From Chiloscyllium plagiosum (Eukaryota), in the NCBI RefSeq assembly GCF_004010195.1, contig NC_057760.1, positions 1,672,215 to 1,736,214 on the forward strand: 64,000 bases of DNA. Reading direction: 5' to 3'. Positions within the stretch are counted from its first letter, which is position 1, and each line of letters starts with the position of its first letter. The notes beneath the pieces were generated by a model. The model made no database searches. It was not told the DNA's origin and worked only from the letters and a program-made list of their open reading frames with translations. The position numbers and the translations under genes are program-made. This document shows, piece by piece, positions 50,313 to 62,960 of the stretch.

Positions 50313-50991
50313 GACGAGTTGACAGCATGCAAACAATGATACACCTCAGCATCTCTGGGGAGGCTCTACACTTGAAGCCAAATTCCTACTCTTCACAGCA
50401 CACTGACCTCTGTCAGAAAGTCAGTGAGACTGCTTTCAAATGGTGTGACAACGACAGTCACACACCTTGGCGACTAACTATCAGAGATTGGCATGTACCC
50501 CATCAAGAAAACAAGCCAAGGATTGATGTGCAATAATGCTCATTGCAATCAAATAGCCGCACAGGTCATTCAGCCCATCTGCTATCCCAATGTTTCTTTT
50601 CCATTTGAGTCTCCTCCAATCATTCTTTTCACTCTACCATCACCCTATTCATTCTTATTTGAATGTCTATCTAGCTTCCCCCATCCCTGTTACGTACCTC
50701 GACAACTGGAAGCCAGTTTCACAGTCTCCCCGCTCACTCAGTAAACATGTTCTTCCTGAATTCCCGATTGAATTATTTAGTGGTGATGATATATAGGATA
50801 GTCCCGTAGATTTTGTGGTCCTCACACAAATGGAAACATCTAAGCTATGCCTACCCTGTGTCTTCTTTTAAGGTCAGCTATCAAGAATCCTGCAAGCCTT
50901 CCCTTGTCTACAGAGGTGATCTGGCAAGGCAGTCTTTGGATGCAATGGTTCCTGGGGTATGTGCCATGCAGCGGGCAGGTGCTTGGCTTAC

Positions 50992-51152
50992 CGCTGGGCA
51001 CAGCAATCCTGTACGTCGGTCAGGCCCGTGGCCGCACTGATCAGGTGCCTCCAGAATGCATTGAAATCCCCAGCTTCCAGGGCACGATTGATCAGTGCCA
51101 CAGCCGAGAGCATCTCCACAGCAATATACAGCTCCTCTTGGGTCAGCTCACC
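50992..51152 (-). CDS. IQGAP3: IQGAP3 coding exon (approx. exon 13): GELTQEELYIAVEMLSAVALINRALEAGDFNAFWRHLISAATGLTDVQDCCAQ(R)
   Basis: gttcag acceptor, GTAAGC donor; 161 nt, phase 0 to 2; conserved AVEMLSAVALINRALE motif. Confidence 0.94.
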
Positions 51153-51771
51153 CTGAACAAATGAAACAAGAAATATTAGTCACAAAAGCCGGCCCTCAAC
51201 AGGGGCCACTCGGCCCATTGTGCCTGTACCAGCCTTTTCAATGAGCAACCCAATTCACCTCACTTCTTCTGTCTCTCCAAAAGGCTCGAAAACGTCTTTT
51301 TCTTTTGAAAGTTACTATTCAATCTATTTCAATCAACCTTTCAGGCAGCACAGTCTAGATCACCATAATTCACAGGGTACATATGGAGAGTCTGATTGCG
51401 TACAGTCATAACTCCTTCACAAAATCTCCCTCCCTTAACCGTCTCTGTTCTGAGGACAATCCCAGCTTCTCCCCATACAATCTGAAGTCTCTTATCACTC
51501 GTCTTCAGGTAAGTCTCCCTCCGCACCCTCTGAGGGCTTCAATATCCTCTCTTATCCAAAATGGACACTATCCTCAGGCTGTGGCTGAACCAGCAACTTG
51601 CAAAAGTTTAGTAACATCTTGTTTTTGTTCTCCTGAGAAAGAGTGCTGGAAGGAGTGAAACATTGAAAATAAATTTTAAGAACGGGAAGCAGGCACCGGG
51701 CACTCACTTATGTCTCTTAAATCCGTTTTGGTGACAACTGGGAGGCAGTGACTTTGAGACTGATCACTCAC

Positions 51772-51935
51772 CTGTGGTTTCTGCTGCTGCAGGGCAGCCA
51801 GCTCCCTCTGGTAAAGCCCAGCCGCAAAGAGGTAGACATCTGGGAGTTTGGCGCTCGAGTTCATCAGTTCCTTCAGCGTCTCGTCAGGGACTCCCCTACG
51901 GATGGCCACGTTGATCCGTGACACAGCCTGCATCA
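51772..51935 (-). CDS. IQGAP3: IQGAP3 coding exon (approx. exon 12): (M)MQAVSRINVAIRRGVPDETLKELMNSSAKLPDVYLFAAGLYQRELAALQQQKPQ
   Basis: gcgcag acceptor, GTGAGT donor; 164 nt, phase 1 to 0. Confidence 0.93.
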
Positions 51936-52429
51936 CTGCGCACAGACAGATTATACAGTTCGACCATAAATTAGGGTGGCGGAGCACAAGCTGTAAATAG
52001 GTCTCAGCCATGTATAAAGTCAGGGACAAAAATGCTAAAGAAACAGGAGAGGAATTTCTATTCTTTGTGGCGACAGCTCCAATCACCGGTGGGGGAGGTG
52101 CAAGTTTGGTTTACCCGAGAAGGAGCCACCCTCAGGTGGCAAAGAGCAGGAGGAGGAATCCTGAGCTTCACATCATTCTACCATGCAGGGGATGCTGAGA
52201 TACAGTGCAGCACTCCTGCCCTGGCAGCAGTCAAGTTCACACTGATCAACACAGATTAGGTTTCTTAAAAAGAAAGATTTCCCTGTTCTGTGGTTCAGTT
52301 GTTCTCACCCACAAACCGTACAAGAATTTCTTCCAAATAGAATCCTCCAGTTTCAAACTGGGCAAGAAGATGCTCTTCTTTCTTAGAGAATCCTGAATTT
52401 TTAGCATGGCACAAAGAACAGCAGATGCC

Positions 52430-52770
52430 AGCACACTGCAGTCAAAGTGCACTCAATCTAATGAGATGTTAAGACAGAGGTGCCACCTGGCCCCTCTGGT
52501 ATGGTAACAAACCCTACAGCCATTACTGGAAGAGAAACAGAGCAGTCCTCCTGCTGACCAATCTACTCATGTCTCAATGCCTCCTAAAGACAGATTATCT
52601 GATCATCATCCTACTGCTGATCGCAGGAGCCAGCTATGTCCAAATTGGTCACCGCATTTTCCATGTTCCAACAATAACAACACTCCAAAAGTATCTCATC
52701 ATCTGTAGGAGTGCACGGAGGCACCTCAAGAATGGGGAAGGGACCAAATAAATGCAAGTCATGTCCTTCT
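52430..52770 (+). mobile_element. Ancient DeuSINE-like element; related remnants at about 41480-41730 and 53620-53950 (minus) and 18930-19490
   Basis: GATGTTAAGACAGAGG..CAGATTATCTGATCATCATC..CAAATTGG blocks resemble the Deu-domain SINE body; family assignment from memory. Confidence 0.5.
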
Positions 52771-53149
52771 TTGCCCAGCACAGTAGAATCTGGGGAATTG
52801 GCCTGTGCTTAAACAGAGGAGGAATTGCAAAAACTGACCCACAGAAACAATACCGGGCAATTGAAACGGAAATCAATGAAACAGGCTCCCGAGGGAACTG
52901 GTGGAAACAGTTTGTATTGATTCAAGTGCAAATTAGATAGATTCCTTTCAGCAAGTAACATTTCGGGATCAAATCTACAAGTCATTTGGGACACGTTGCA
53001 TAGTGATTAGAACAGTACTTGGGAAAAACAGGTGAGCATTTGATTCCTAAAGTGCTCTACCATGAGAGTGAAGCTGGTGTTGGGGGGGGGGGGGGGTGTC
53101 GGGGGGGTTCATCTTCACTCTGTGTCAGGGCCTGCTGTAGATGAATCAA

Positions 53150-53618
53150 TAGTCAAAGATGTACAGCATGGAAACAGACCCTTCGGTCCAATCTGTCCAT
53201 GCCGACCATCTAGTCCCACCTGCCAGCACCCGGCTCATATCCCTCCAAACCCTTCCTATTCATATACCCATCCAAATGCCTCTTAAATATTGCCATTGTA
53301 CCAGCCTCCACCACTTCCTCTGGCAGCTGATTCCATACACATACCACCCTCTGTGTGAAAAAGCTGCCCCGAATGACTCTTTTATATCTTTCCCCTCACC
53401 CTAAACCTATGCCCTCCAGTTCTGGACTCCCCAACCCCAGGGAAAAGACATTGCCTATTTACCCTCTCCATGCCCCCTCATGATTTTATAAACCTCTATA
53501 AGGTCACCCCTCAGCCTCCGACGCTCCAGGGAAAACAGCCCAGCCTGTTCAACTTCTCCCTGTAGTTCAAATCCTCCAACCCTGGCAACATCCTTGTAAA
53601 TCTTTTCTGAACCCTTTC
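53150..53618 (-). mobile_element. CR1 LINE 3' fragment
   Basis: GLFSLERRRLRGDLIEVYKIMRG on the minus strand. Confidence 0.9.
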
Positions 53619-54035
53619 TATTGAAATGAACTATTTGCATTTATACCCGGCTCAGATCATCCCAAAGCGCTTCACACTCAACGCTGTTTTTTTTTTAATG
53701 TGTTGCCTGCTGCAATGTGGGAAAAGAAACGACCCAATCTGCGCACAGCAAGATCCCACAATTGCAATAGGAGGTCGGACTTTGATGTGTTGGTTAAGGG
53801 TGAAATATTCCTCCCAGAGCAACAGGGAGGATCGGCTTCTTGCCTCTTCTGAGACAGCCCTTTGAAATCCGGTTGAGGGGACAGGCAGGGCTTGGTTTAA
53901 GGTCTCATCCTAAAGGATGGCACCAACTGGCAGCACCACACTGGTCTGGGAGCACTTCCAGTACCATCCTGGAGCATCACCCGGTGAGCAAACCTCTGTT
54001 GTGTGGGTCGAGCCCAACATTTTGAGACTCAGGAC

Positions 54036-54358
54036 CTTTCCCTGGGGTGGGTGAGTCCAAAAACTAGACGGCATAGGTGTAAGGTAACGGGAAAAATATT
54101 TAACAGGAACCTAAGGGGCAACTTCTTCATGAAGAGGGTGGTGTGTGTATCGAATGAGCTGCCAGAGGAAGTGGTGGAGGCTGACACAATTACAACATTT
54201 TAAAAGTATCTGAATGGGTGTATGAATAGGAAGAATTTAGAGGGATGTGGGCCAAATGCTGGTAATTTGGTATCTAGATTAATTTAGGATATCTGGTGAG
54301 CATGGACTAATTGGACTGAAGGGCCTGTTTCAATGCTGTACAGTTCTATGACTCTATG
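54036..54358 (+). mobile_element. CR1 LINE 3' fragment
   Basis: RGNFFMKRVVCVSNELPEEVVEADTITTF and CTATGACTCTATG tail. Confidence 0.88.
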
Positions 54359-54476
54359 AATAGAGAGTGTGCTCTTTCAGCAGCCACAGCCAGCATAGAG
54401 GACAGCCACCTTATTGCTTCACGCTGCTCGCCGGTTGGTCGCAGTTAAAGCGGATACACCAATGGCTCCTACTCAC

Positions 54477-54564
54477 TGCACAGATGTACGTTGGAGTTTT
54501 CGTTGGCTGCGTCGATGGCCGCCTGGAGCTCCTCCTTCTCTAGTGGCTCCATCGTCCCTAACTC
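54477..54564 (-). CDS. IQGAP3: IQGAP3 coding exon (approx. exon 11): ELGTMEPLEKEELQAAIDAANENSNVHLC
   Basis: tcctcag acceptor, GTGAGT donor; 88 nt, phase 0 to 1. This frame is not in the ORF track and was translated by hand. Confidence 0.9.
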
Positions 54565-57089
54565 CTGAGGACACAAACAGTAGGGTTAAACCATTAACCT
54601 CAGTACAGGAGGGAAGGCTCGTTTGTTTGCAAAGCAAACTGCAAAACGAGAACGAGTGTATGCAGCAAAACTCAACACTGCTCAATTTGCAGCCAGCTCG
54701 GAGTTTAACAGAGTGGATTCCCAACTGCTCGAGGAGCTGAACTGAATGGAGCTTGGCTCCTTCCAGAAGAGTCAAACGGTACCGAACTACGGAGACATAT
54801 CACACTGAAGTTGCGGCTACTGTGCAGAAGGAGGCCATTCAGTCTTTTGATTGAAAGAGTTAATTAGTTCTACTCCTGCACTTCCAGACATTGCTCTTTC
54901 ATGGCATAACAGCCTCTCAGCCTGATCTCTCAGCAGCCTGGCCTAGCGGTCTCTCAGCCTGACATGGTGATCTCTCGGCCTGGTGTGGTATCAGCATGGG
55001 CATCCAGTCTTGAGGGTATTCCTCAAAGTGCTTTCACACCATGGCTAATCACTTAAGACGGTAATGCTTGAACTTTAAGCTTTATTTTCTACTTAAAACG
55101 AAGAAGGTCTCTACCTTATTTCATGCTGTACTGTAATTACTGCAATGTCTAACTTTTAACTTTGTTCTTTCTTTCCACCTTGTTCTTCAGTTTCTGTACC
55201 TAGGTATTTGTACCGAAGGTGGCAGCGTGCGTGGTGACATTATACACTTCTCACTTTTGTCCCTCTGGTCACTGAACCACCTGCCAATGGGAACAGTTTT
55301 CCCTCAGTTACTCAATCAAAGTCCCTTCAAAATTTTGAACTTCTTAGTTAATCTTCCCTCATACATTTCCTTCACATAACTGAAGCCACTATCCTACTAC
55401 TGTTCTGGTAAATCTCCTCTGCAGCTTGTCCAAAGCCCTTGACATCCTTTACAGAGAACAGCACCCTTAAATAGGGAATGCTATGACTGGAGGTTAACCG
55501 GTGATTTATACTTTTCTATGTCTCCATGTTAAGAGCCAACATCCCGCCACACTTGGTTCTTACAAAAGTAAATAGAGAAACTGGGACTGTCTGGAGAAGG
55601 TAGACAGGAGAGCTCATCATTTAGTACAAAACCATGAGGACAAAGTGGATGGGGAAGACCCTTGAAAGGGATCACATTTAAAATAATTGGTCAAAGGAGT
55701 AAAAACGACATGTGGAGAAGCTTGTTCACATAGCGAGTGGCTACGGTATGGAGTACTGTACACAGCCTTGGCATGAGGGAGGCATGTTCAATCGAGGATC
55801 TCAAGATGAAATTGTATTTATCCAAAAAGGAAGGTGGTTATGGGGAGACAGCAGAATGACACTTTGAAAAGCTGTTGCCGATACTGGGGGCTGAATGGTT
55901 ACAATGCAGCATGATGCTATTCTGTGAAAACAGCCTTTCCAACCTGCCCTGCCACATTCAGGGACCGGAGAGGGGTGAGAGAGGAGGAGGGAGGGGTGGG
56001 GGTAAACAAGCGGGTTGTACGAGAATGAGACACAGAGAGACAATAGCCAAAAGAACATAAAAAGGTAATTAAGATTTCATCTTGGCCAAGGGGTAGATTC
56101 CAGCAAGGATCTGAATCCTAACAGCAAAGTGCACAATGCTAAAATAGACAAAAGGATGTCGATTCTTAAAGTTAGGCGGAAGGAACGCAGTGTCAGGCCT
56201 GATAGATCCAGAGAGAGTCAGGAAAATTGCTGACTCTCCAGAGATGGCACTCGTTAAATCTCTGATACACTAAGTGTATGCTAGGGGACTAGAGAGTCCA
56301 AATTCATACTTTATTTATAAAGCAAAAAAACCATCTGTTTACAGACTAGTGAACTTATTAATAGATATGGTAGGAAAAAAAAACATGTAATGAAAAGATG
56401 GGACTATAAAATACCCAGATAAAGAGAAAACATTAGGAAGTAAGGTGTGGGGACATCAAAGGGACAATAATTGTTAGTGTGCACTGATCTTGAAGCAGAG
56501 CTAGTAACACATTTAATCAAGGTACATAATTATGAATGTTAGAAGAGATGAGGAGAGATGGTTTCTGGTGGCAGGAGGGTCAGTAACTAGAGGGACATCG
56601 ATTGAAGAGAATCAGCAAAAAAGAACCAGAGTGAGAAGGGAATTCATCTTTAGATGCAGCAAGTTGTTATTACCTGGAACCCACTGCCTGAAGGGAAATC
56701 AAAAGCAGACTTAGGAGTTTTCAAAAAAGGGGGAAATCTGACAAATAGTGGACGGGGCAGGGGGTTTGCGGGGTTGTGGTATACTTGCAAGAGGTACAAT
56801 GGCCACTGTACTATTCTGTAGTGACTAAGCAGTCAACCCAACCCTGCGCTGCTTTTGTGAATTGCCCCTTCAATCATTACCCTTACTCCTGGCTTGCAAG
56901 CAGCACTGGGGCTGGACAAACCAGCACCTTACACAAAGTGGCTAGGCACAGTATCTCTGTGAACACTTCATAATTGCATAAGGTGAATAATATGTCATTC
57001 CTTGTTTAAAAAGGTTCCAAACTTGGGGAATATGTTAACATACCCGTAAACAAGTACAAGAAAGCTAAATCATATAGAGCATTGCGTAC

Positions 57090-57253
57090 CAGTGCTTTCT
57101 GCTCTCGGTCAATGATGAGCTGTTCCATGTACCAATCGGTGTTCTCCCGGTTAACTTCGTGAAGGGCTAAAGCCTCACTCTGTAGAGTAGAGTACAGAGC
57201 CAGCACATCTCTCTTCTCCAATGCCTCATCAACATACTCCAGAGCAGCGTGCA
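57090..57253 (-). CDS. IQGAP3: IQGAP3 coding exon (approx. exon 10): (V)HAALEYVDEALEKRDVLALYSTLQSEALALHEVNRENTDWYMEQLIIDREQKAL
   Basis: ctctcag acceptor, GTACGC donor; 164 nt, phase 1 to 0; DWY.EQL..DREQKA is IQGAP3-like. Confidence 0.93.
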
Positions 57254-57365
57254 CTGAGAGGCAGAAACACAAGCATCACAGGGAAGAACAGCAGAGAGGA
57301 GTCCAATGAAGCATTAACACATGTTAATACAAAACGACAGTCCTGGAGCTGACAGGCTTAGACTT

Positions 57366-57530
57366 GAGAAAGTGAGGACTGCAGATGCTGGAGATCAGAG
57401 CTGAAAAATGTGTTGCTGGAAAAGCGCAGCTTTTGAAAAATAATTCCTGAAGGGCTTATGCCCGAAACATCAATTCTCCTGCACCTTGGATGCTGCCTGA
57501 CCTGCTGTGCTTTTCCAGTAACACATTTTT
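57366..57530. mobile_element. PLE-type foldback insertion with perfect 13-bp TSD
   Basis: CAGGCTTAGACTT at 57353-57365 and 57531-57543; CTGAA-GGGC-TTAT-GCCC-GAAACATC (core with a 3-nt deletion). Confidence 0.82.
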
Positions 57531-58828
57531 CAGGCTTAGACTTAATTCACACAAAATCATAAGCATTGTTTTCTCGAAGATAACAGTAATTACCAGCATC
57601 CTGGGGTTACCGTTAACAGAAAGCTTAACTGGACTCACCATACAAATACAGTGGCTACTAAAGCAGAATAAAAAAAAAGTTAGGAATCCTGCAGCAAATG
57701 ATTTCCCAAAGCCTGTCCACCATTGGCAAGGCACAAGTTAGAAGTGCGATGGAACACATCAGACTTGCTTGGATGGGTGCAGATACAACACCATCCAGGA
57801 CAAAGCAGCTGCTTAACTGGCACAAACATCCACTCCCTCCACCACCAATGCTCAGTACCATCTACAAGATGCACTGCAGTGACTCACCAAGGCTCACCTT
57901 ACAAACGCATGACCACCTGCAACAAGAAGGACAAGGGCAGCAGGTGTTTGGGAACACCACCCCCTGCAGGTTCCCCTCTAAGTCACTTATCACACCGACT
58001 TGGAAATATATCATCGTTCCTTCAGTGTCACTGGATCAAGGTGCTGGAATTGTCTCCCTAATGGCACTGTAGGTGTCCCAACACCACACAGGCAACAGCA
58101 AGGACAATAAATATATATCCAGCCAACGATATTCACATCCATAAATGAACAAAAAAAGAAATGAAAAAGTAGATGGGATCTTTAAGAATCTTTTAGGATG
58201 AGAAGAGAGAAAAAAAAAGGCATAACTAAAGTAATTTCTTGAAGATAACTGGTTTCACCATTGCAGAATCCAAAGCCGATGAAGTGGTATTTGACATGCA
58301 CTCACTGATTTGGGCAGAACAAGATTTCACAAACAACATGACCACTCTCTACACTCTCTGACTGAGCAAGAGATAAATTACTGGACCAGGACAGAGAGTT
58401 TGCATGAAGAGTATTGATAAATTACGACGTGCTCCAAAGTTACGATGAGTCAGCTATCAAAGGAGTAAGAGAAAGAGTCGGTCGGGAAAATATCACTGCA
58501 ATCCATAGGGGGGTGATATCCAAGTTAGGGCAACTTGTGTGTAGCGGTCACTCTGACTTCTGCTCCATTTGAAGTCCATCTCCCCTCAGGAGTCAAGATT
58601 CTACTCCCTCATCTGCCAAAATCCTTGGTCATTTTCTCAGTCAGCTATCTATCTCAAATCAGAAAGCAAGACAGGTATCCTGCCTAATCTCACGGGATTC
58701 AGCGTGAGGAGTTGGGTTAAAACCATTCCCCATTATTCCCCAAAGCCAGCTGCTTTTCTAAGGTGCAGAAGAATTGACCCTCACATCAGGTCACCGAGAG
58801 GACGCGTCTTTTAATACTCCATCCTTAC

Positions 58829-58916
58829 CGTTGACCTTATTAACATTGCCTTGAATCTCAGCTTGTGTGAGGAGCTCCTCATACACATCCTTGCCCTCAG
58901 AGGATTCTGGTTTGTA
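58829..58916 (-). CDS. IQGAP3: IQGAP3 coding exon (approx. exon 9): YKPESSEGKDVYEELLTQAEIQGNVNKVN
   Basis: ccacag acceptor, GTAAGG donor; 88 nt, phase 0 to 1; conserved DVYEELLTQAEIQGN motif. Confidence 0.93.
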
Positions 58917-59044
58917 CTGTGGAATAAACAAACAGCAATGTGACCTCAGGCAAACACAGATTTCAGATCGACACAGCAGCACAAGCTGAATTGAATGCAT
59001 AAGTGAGCACAAAATTTAAACATAGCTCAGATAACTTATGAAGG

Positions 59045-59763
59045 TGTAGTGTATACTGTACCTTTAAGAGAGGAAGCTGGCACGGACCTAGAGGTATAGA
59101 GTGTGTTGAACAACTTTAAAACGTAACATTTGGGTGTGAAACAAATAGCTGGAGCTGCATTGCCATGGTACACAACAAATTCGAATTTGGCCAATCAATT
59201 TAAATTATGCCCCAAGATACCAAAATCCAATCTAATTTGAATTTTAATTTTAAAGACCGTCAAACCATGAGACGGTCCATGTTTTGGGGTATATAAATTC
59301 GGGTATTTTGAACAGTTAGCCAGAGCAGCAAAGAGCCTGGCCTGCAGAGCCTCTCTCTGAAAAGGTACCTTTTCATATAAAAGTTGTGAAGCAGAAGACC
59401 AAAGAAAAGACCCAGGAAAGCACAGACAAAGATACCAAGGGAACAGCAACAATGGCTGGCTTTAAAATTTGAATTTTCTTTGTTAACCTTAATCAGGGGT
59501 TTTTAAATCTGATCAGTATATTGTTGTAAAGGAGGAAGTAGATAAATTAATCAGACAAAGGAGGATTACCGTGTAGGTAGTTGATGTTTAATGTTCTTGA
59601 GTTTCTTGGGGTTAAAGAATAAATTGTTAATTTTTGTCTTTAAACAGTGGGAATTTGGTAGCTCTTTGTCATTCATACTTTAACAGATTATGAGGCGAGG
59701 TGAGCTTTTCTGTGGGTCTGGTTCAAATTAGCAGAAGGGTTTACCCTGTGTCATAACGTAACA
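59045..59763. mobile_element. Possible solo LTR
   Basis: About 720-bp segment bounded by TGT...ACA, with internal TATAAA and AATAAA. No clean TSD. Confidence 0.35.
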
Positions 59764-60124
59764 AAAGAGGATGCAAGTAAACACAGAGAAAGGACGAATG
59801 AATAATCATAATTTGTCTAATTCCCCGTAATCAGTTTTGGATATTTTCTAATCAACCTGTTTAAAGATGTTATGTTACACTCTAAAGCACACTGCACAAT
59901 TAATTTTGAAATCTTTAAACAAATAGACAATGCAGTGGAGTTAAATGTATCTGATTTTAGTTGAGGGGCCTGATGTGGTGTCCCTACCTCTAAACCAGAG
60001 GCCTTAGTCAAGTTCCACTTGCTCCAGAGGTATGCAGTGAAATCTCTGAACAGATTGATGAGAAAATATCTCTGGAGACTTGATTGGGAGGAGAAACTCC
60101 AGCTTAAAGTTACTCCATTTTTTA

Positions 60125-60332
60125 GAAAGGTAAAGTCACCATAATACTGCTAGACCACAGGGCTGTTCTCATGTTAAAAAGAGATGACCACTTGTGGGTT
60201 ACCGCTCCTCAGGTGAGGGGAGAGGTTGAGAAAGGGAGTCATTCATGGTAACCTTCGCCAGTGCAGGAATTGAACCCACGCTGTTGGCATTACTCTGCAA
60301 TGCAAACCAGCTGCCCAACCAACTGAGCTAAC
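60125..60332 (-). mobile_element. tRNA-derived SINE
   Basis: Minus-strand A box TAGCTCAGTTGG and B box GGTTCAATTCC followed by a non-tRNA body. Confidence 0.65.
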
Positions 60333-60344
60333 AGACCACACAAG

Positions 60345-60602
60345 ATGAGAGGGGAGAGATACAAAAGGATCCAGAGGAACAATTGTTTCCACTCAGAGGG
60401 TGGTGAGTGTACATGGAATGAGCTGCCAGAGGTAGTGGTGGAGAAACTTAAACATTTGAACAGTTACATGGATGGGATAGGTATTGGGGGGGGGGGTATG
60501 GACCATACGTAGGTAAATGGGACTTGTTTAATTGTGAAAACTGGGTAGCATGGACAAGTTGGACCCAAAGGCTTGTTTTCCATGCTGTAAGCCTCTATGA
60601 CC
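60345..60602 (+). mobile_element. CR1 LINE 3' end
   Basis: TGGAATGAGCTGCCAGAGG core and CTCTATGAC tail. Confidence 0.8.
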
Positions 60603-61194
60603 TCACGTGAGATCACCAACATCAGCCTGAATCACCCGAGTTGATCAGCACCTCTGACAGTGCAGCGTTCCTGCGACAATGAGGGGAGGCAGTTTTGTTA
60701 CTGGACGAGTCTCCAGACAATATGTTTGGAGGACCTGGGTTCAAATCCATCCGTTACAGTTGCTGGAATCCAAACTCAAAAAACGTGGCCTCAGGAGTCA
60801 AATGAAACCACTGTCGATTGTCTGCTTTACCAATGTCCTTTAGGTGAAGGAAATCTGCGGTCCCTGCCAGGTCGGGCCTGTGACCCCAGACCCATAGCAA
60901 AGCAGGTGACTCTTAACTGCCCTCTGGGCAATGAGGGATGAGCAATGCTAGCCTAGTCAGGGATGCCCATCTCCCAGGAATTTTAAAAAAACTAGCGTTG
61001 TGAACCAAAATTGTGTGTATAAGCAGAGGTAGCAGGTGCAGCGTCCAGATCCTGTGCCATGATTTGAGCACAGCTTTACTGAATTGTACTGATTCAGTGC
61101 TGGGAATATTCTGCACAGTAGTATTGTAATAAGAACATGCACCAGTCAGGGAGGGAGGGCTCGAGGACCTAGCTGACTCAGATTTTATCATTTT

Positions 61195-61833
61195 ACCGGG
61201 TTGCCTACTTCGAGGAAGGACATTAAGCTGGAGATATTTCAGAAGATATTTACCAGGATGCTGCCGGGTATGGAAGGTTTGAGTTATAAAGAAAGGCTGG
61301 ATAGGCTGGGATTCTTTTCACTGGAGTGGAAGAGGTTGAGAGTCGAAAAGTGTTGTAGCTGGAAAAGTATAGCTGGTCAGGCAGCATCCGAGAAGTGGAA
61401 GAGTAGACATTTCAACAATGAGCTCTTCATCAGGAAAGTGTTTAAGAGGTTCAGAAGTAACATTTTAGACGTTTATAAAATTGTGAGGAGTGTAGATATG
61501 AATAGATGAATGGTGGGTGTCTTTTCCCGAGGGTGGGGGATTTCAAGACTAGGGGGAAAATTTTTAAGGTAAGAGGAGAGATTTAAAACAAAATATGGGG
61601 AAGAATTTTTTTCTTTTACAGAGGATGGTCCATGTGTGGAATGAACTTCCAGAGGAGATGGTGGATACGGACACAGTTAAAAACATTTTAAACATATTTG
61701 GATAAGTATATGACTGGGAAAATTTGGAGGGATATGGGCCAGGAGCTAGCAGGCGGGACTCGGTTAGTTTGGGATTATGTTCCGCATAGACTGGTTAAAC
61801 CAAAGAGACTGTTTCCATACTGTACAACTCTCT
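61195..61833 (+). mobile_element. CR1 LINE 3' fragment interrupted at 61342-61443 by a PLE-type insertion
   Basis: FTRMLPGMEGLSYKERLDRLG; the insertion has minus-strand CTGATGAAGAGC..GAAATGTC and flanks AAGAGGTTGAGA / AAGAGGTTCAGA. Confidence 0.85.
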
Positions 61834-61863
61834 AAAACACTTAACCACGTGACAGCAAATTAT

Positions 61864-62057
61864 GATGTGGGGATGCTGGTGTTGGACTGAGGTGGGCAAA
61901 GTCAAGAGTCATACGACACGAGGTTATAGTCCAACAGATTTATTTTTTAAAAATCAAAAGCTTTTGGGGCACTGTGCTATCATCATGTGAGGAGGGCTTT
62001 AAATTGACGAAGAAGCTTGTGACTTCAAATAAATCTGTTTGACTATAACCTGGTGTC
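61864..62057. mobile_element. Degenerate foldback insertion of a further PLE-type family
   Basis: Inverted arms GACACGAGGTTATAGTCCAACAGATTTA / TAAATCTGTTTGACTATAACCTGGTGTC; AGCAA(A/G)TTA on both flanks. Confidence 0.6.
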
Positions 62058-62291
62058 AAAAAGCAAGTTACTCATCTACACTTAGTGCCAGGGGAAAGTG
62101 TGGAGATTGAAACTGAAACAATTTGCCCACTCTCTCCTAAAATCGGGTCACAACAACAGCGCGAGGTCAGGTGGAGTGAGGGTGGTGGGGTGGTGTGGGG
62201 TCTCCTGGCTTCCCTCTCCACTGGAAGTGGAGATCCAAAAGACCAGAACACAAAACAAAAAGAGAAACATCCAGCAAAGAGGACAGCTCAC

Positions 62292-62479
62292 CACATCCAC
62301 ACGGTTCCTGGCATTAGCAGCCTTCTCACTCTTGGCTTGGTGTAGCATTTCCTGGTAAACCAGGGCAAGGCCATCGACAAGGTTCACCAGCATGGCATTC
62401 GGATTGTGGAGTGCCAGCAAGGTCTGTGCCACAACCCCTCGGTCAATGGCATCGTTAATGGCGATCACCGCGGCGTGCA
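62292..62479 (-). CDS. IQGAP3: IQGAP3 coding exon (approx. exon 8): (V)HAAVIAINDAIDRGVVAQTLLALHNPNAMLVNLVDGLALVYQEMLHQAKSEKAANARNRVDV
   Basis: ctctcag acceptor and GTGAGC donor; 188 nt, phase 1 to 0. Peptide matches the IQGAP post-CH repeat region; VYQEML..AK.EKAANARN is IQGAP3-like. Confidence 0.92.
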
Positions 62480-62855
62480 CTGAGAGTGAAGACAAGAGAG
62501 AGAGGGAGGGAGGGAGCACTCAAGTTAAACCAACAGGACAAGCAAACTGCTTGGATCAGTTCACTGAAACACTAGAGACTGGGCTCACCACTATTCCCTC
62601 CAACCCAGAGACCAGACTGGCACATGCAGCGTGATACTGACCCATAAAGTCCGGAGAGCTTGGCATTAATGTGGCTCTCCCCAGGGCTGTGTCCAGTTCG
62701 ATGTAGTTAATGCTGCGGAGTAAATGTGTCATACTAAGTGCAGGCTAATTGTCTCAGCAATGAGGAGGAATGGCTTCAGGGTTTGGCTTTTGCTTAATTA
62801 AAAAAAAAGATGTATACTAAGTTCCACCATTCATGCACGTTAGATGAGGGGGAGA

Positions 62856-62960
62856 GGAGACAGACAGACAGACAGAGACAGACAGACAGAGACAGACAGA
62901 CAGACAGACAGACAGAGACAGACAGAGAGAGACAGACAGAGAGAGAGAGACAGACAGAGA
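62856..62960. repeat. (AGAC)n/(AG)n microsatellite
   Basis: Directly visible. Confidence 0.92.

Noticed and set aside
22066..62479. Assignment as IQGAP1 or IQGAP2
   Set aside because: Diagnostic residues (EKAANARN, DREQKA, LGVAAINQAIKEG, EVVSHCKK, LEQDLNIMD) match IQGAP3 better as I recall it; a phylogeny would confirm.
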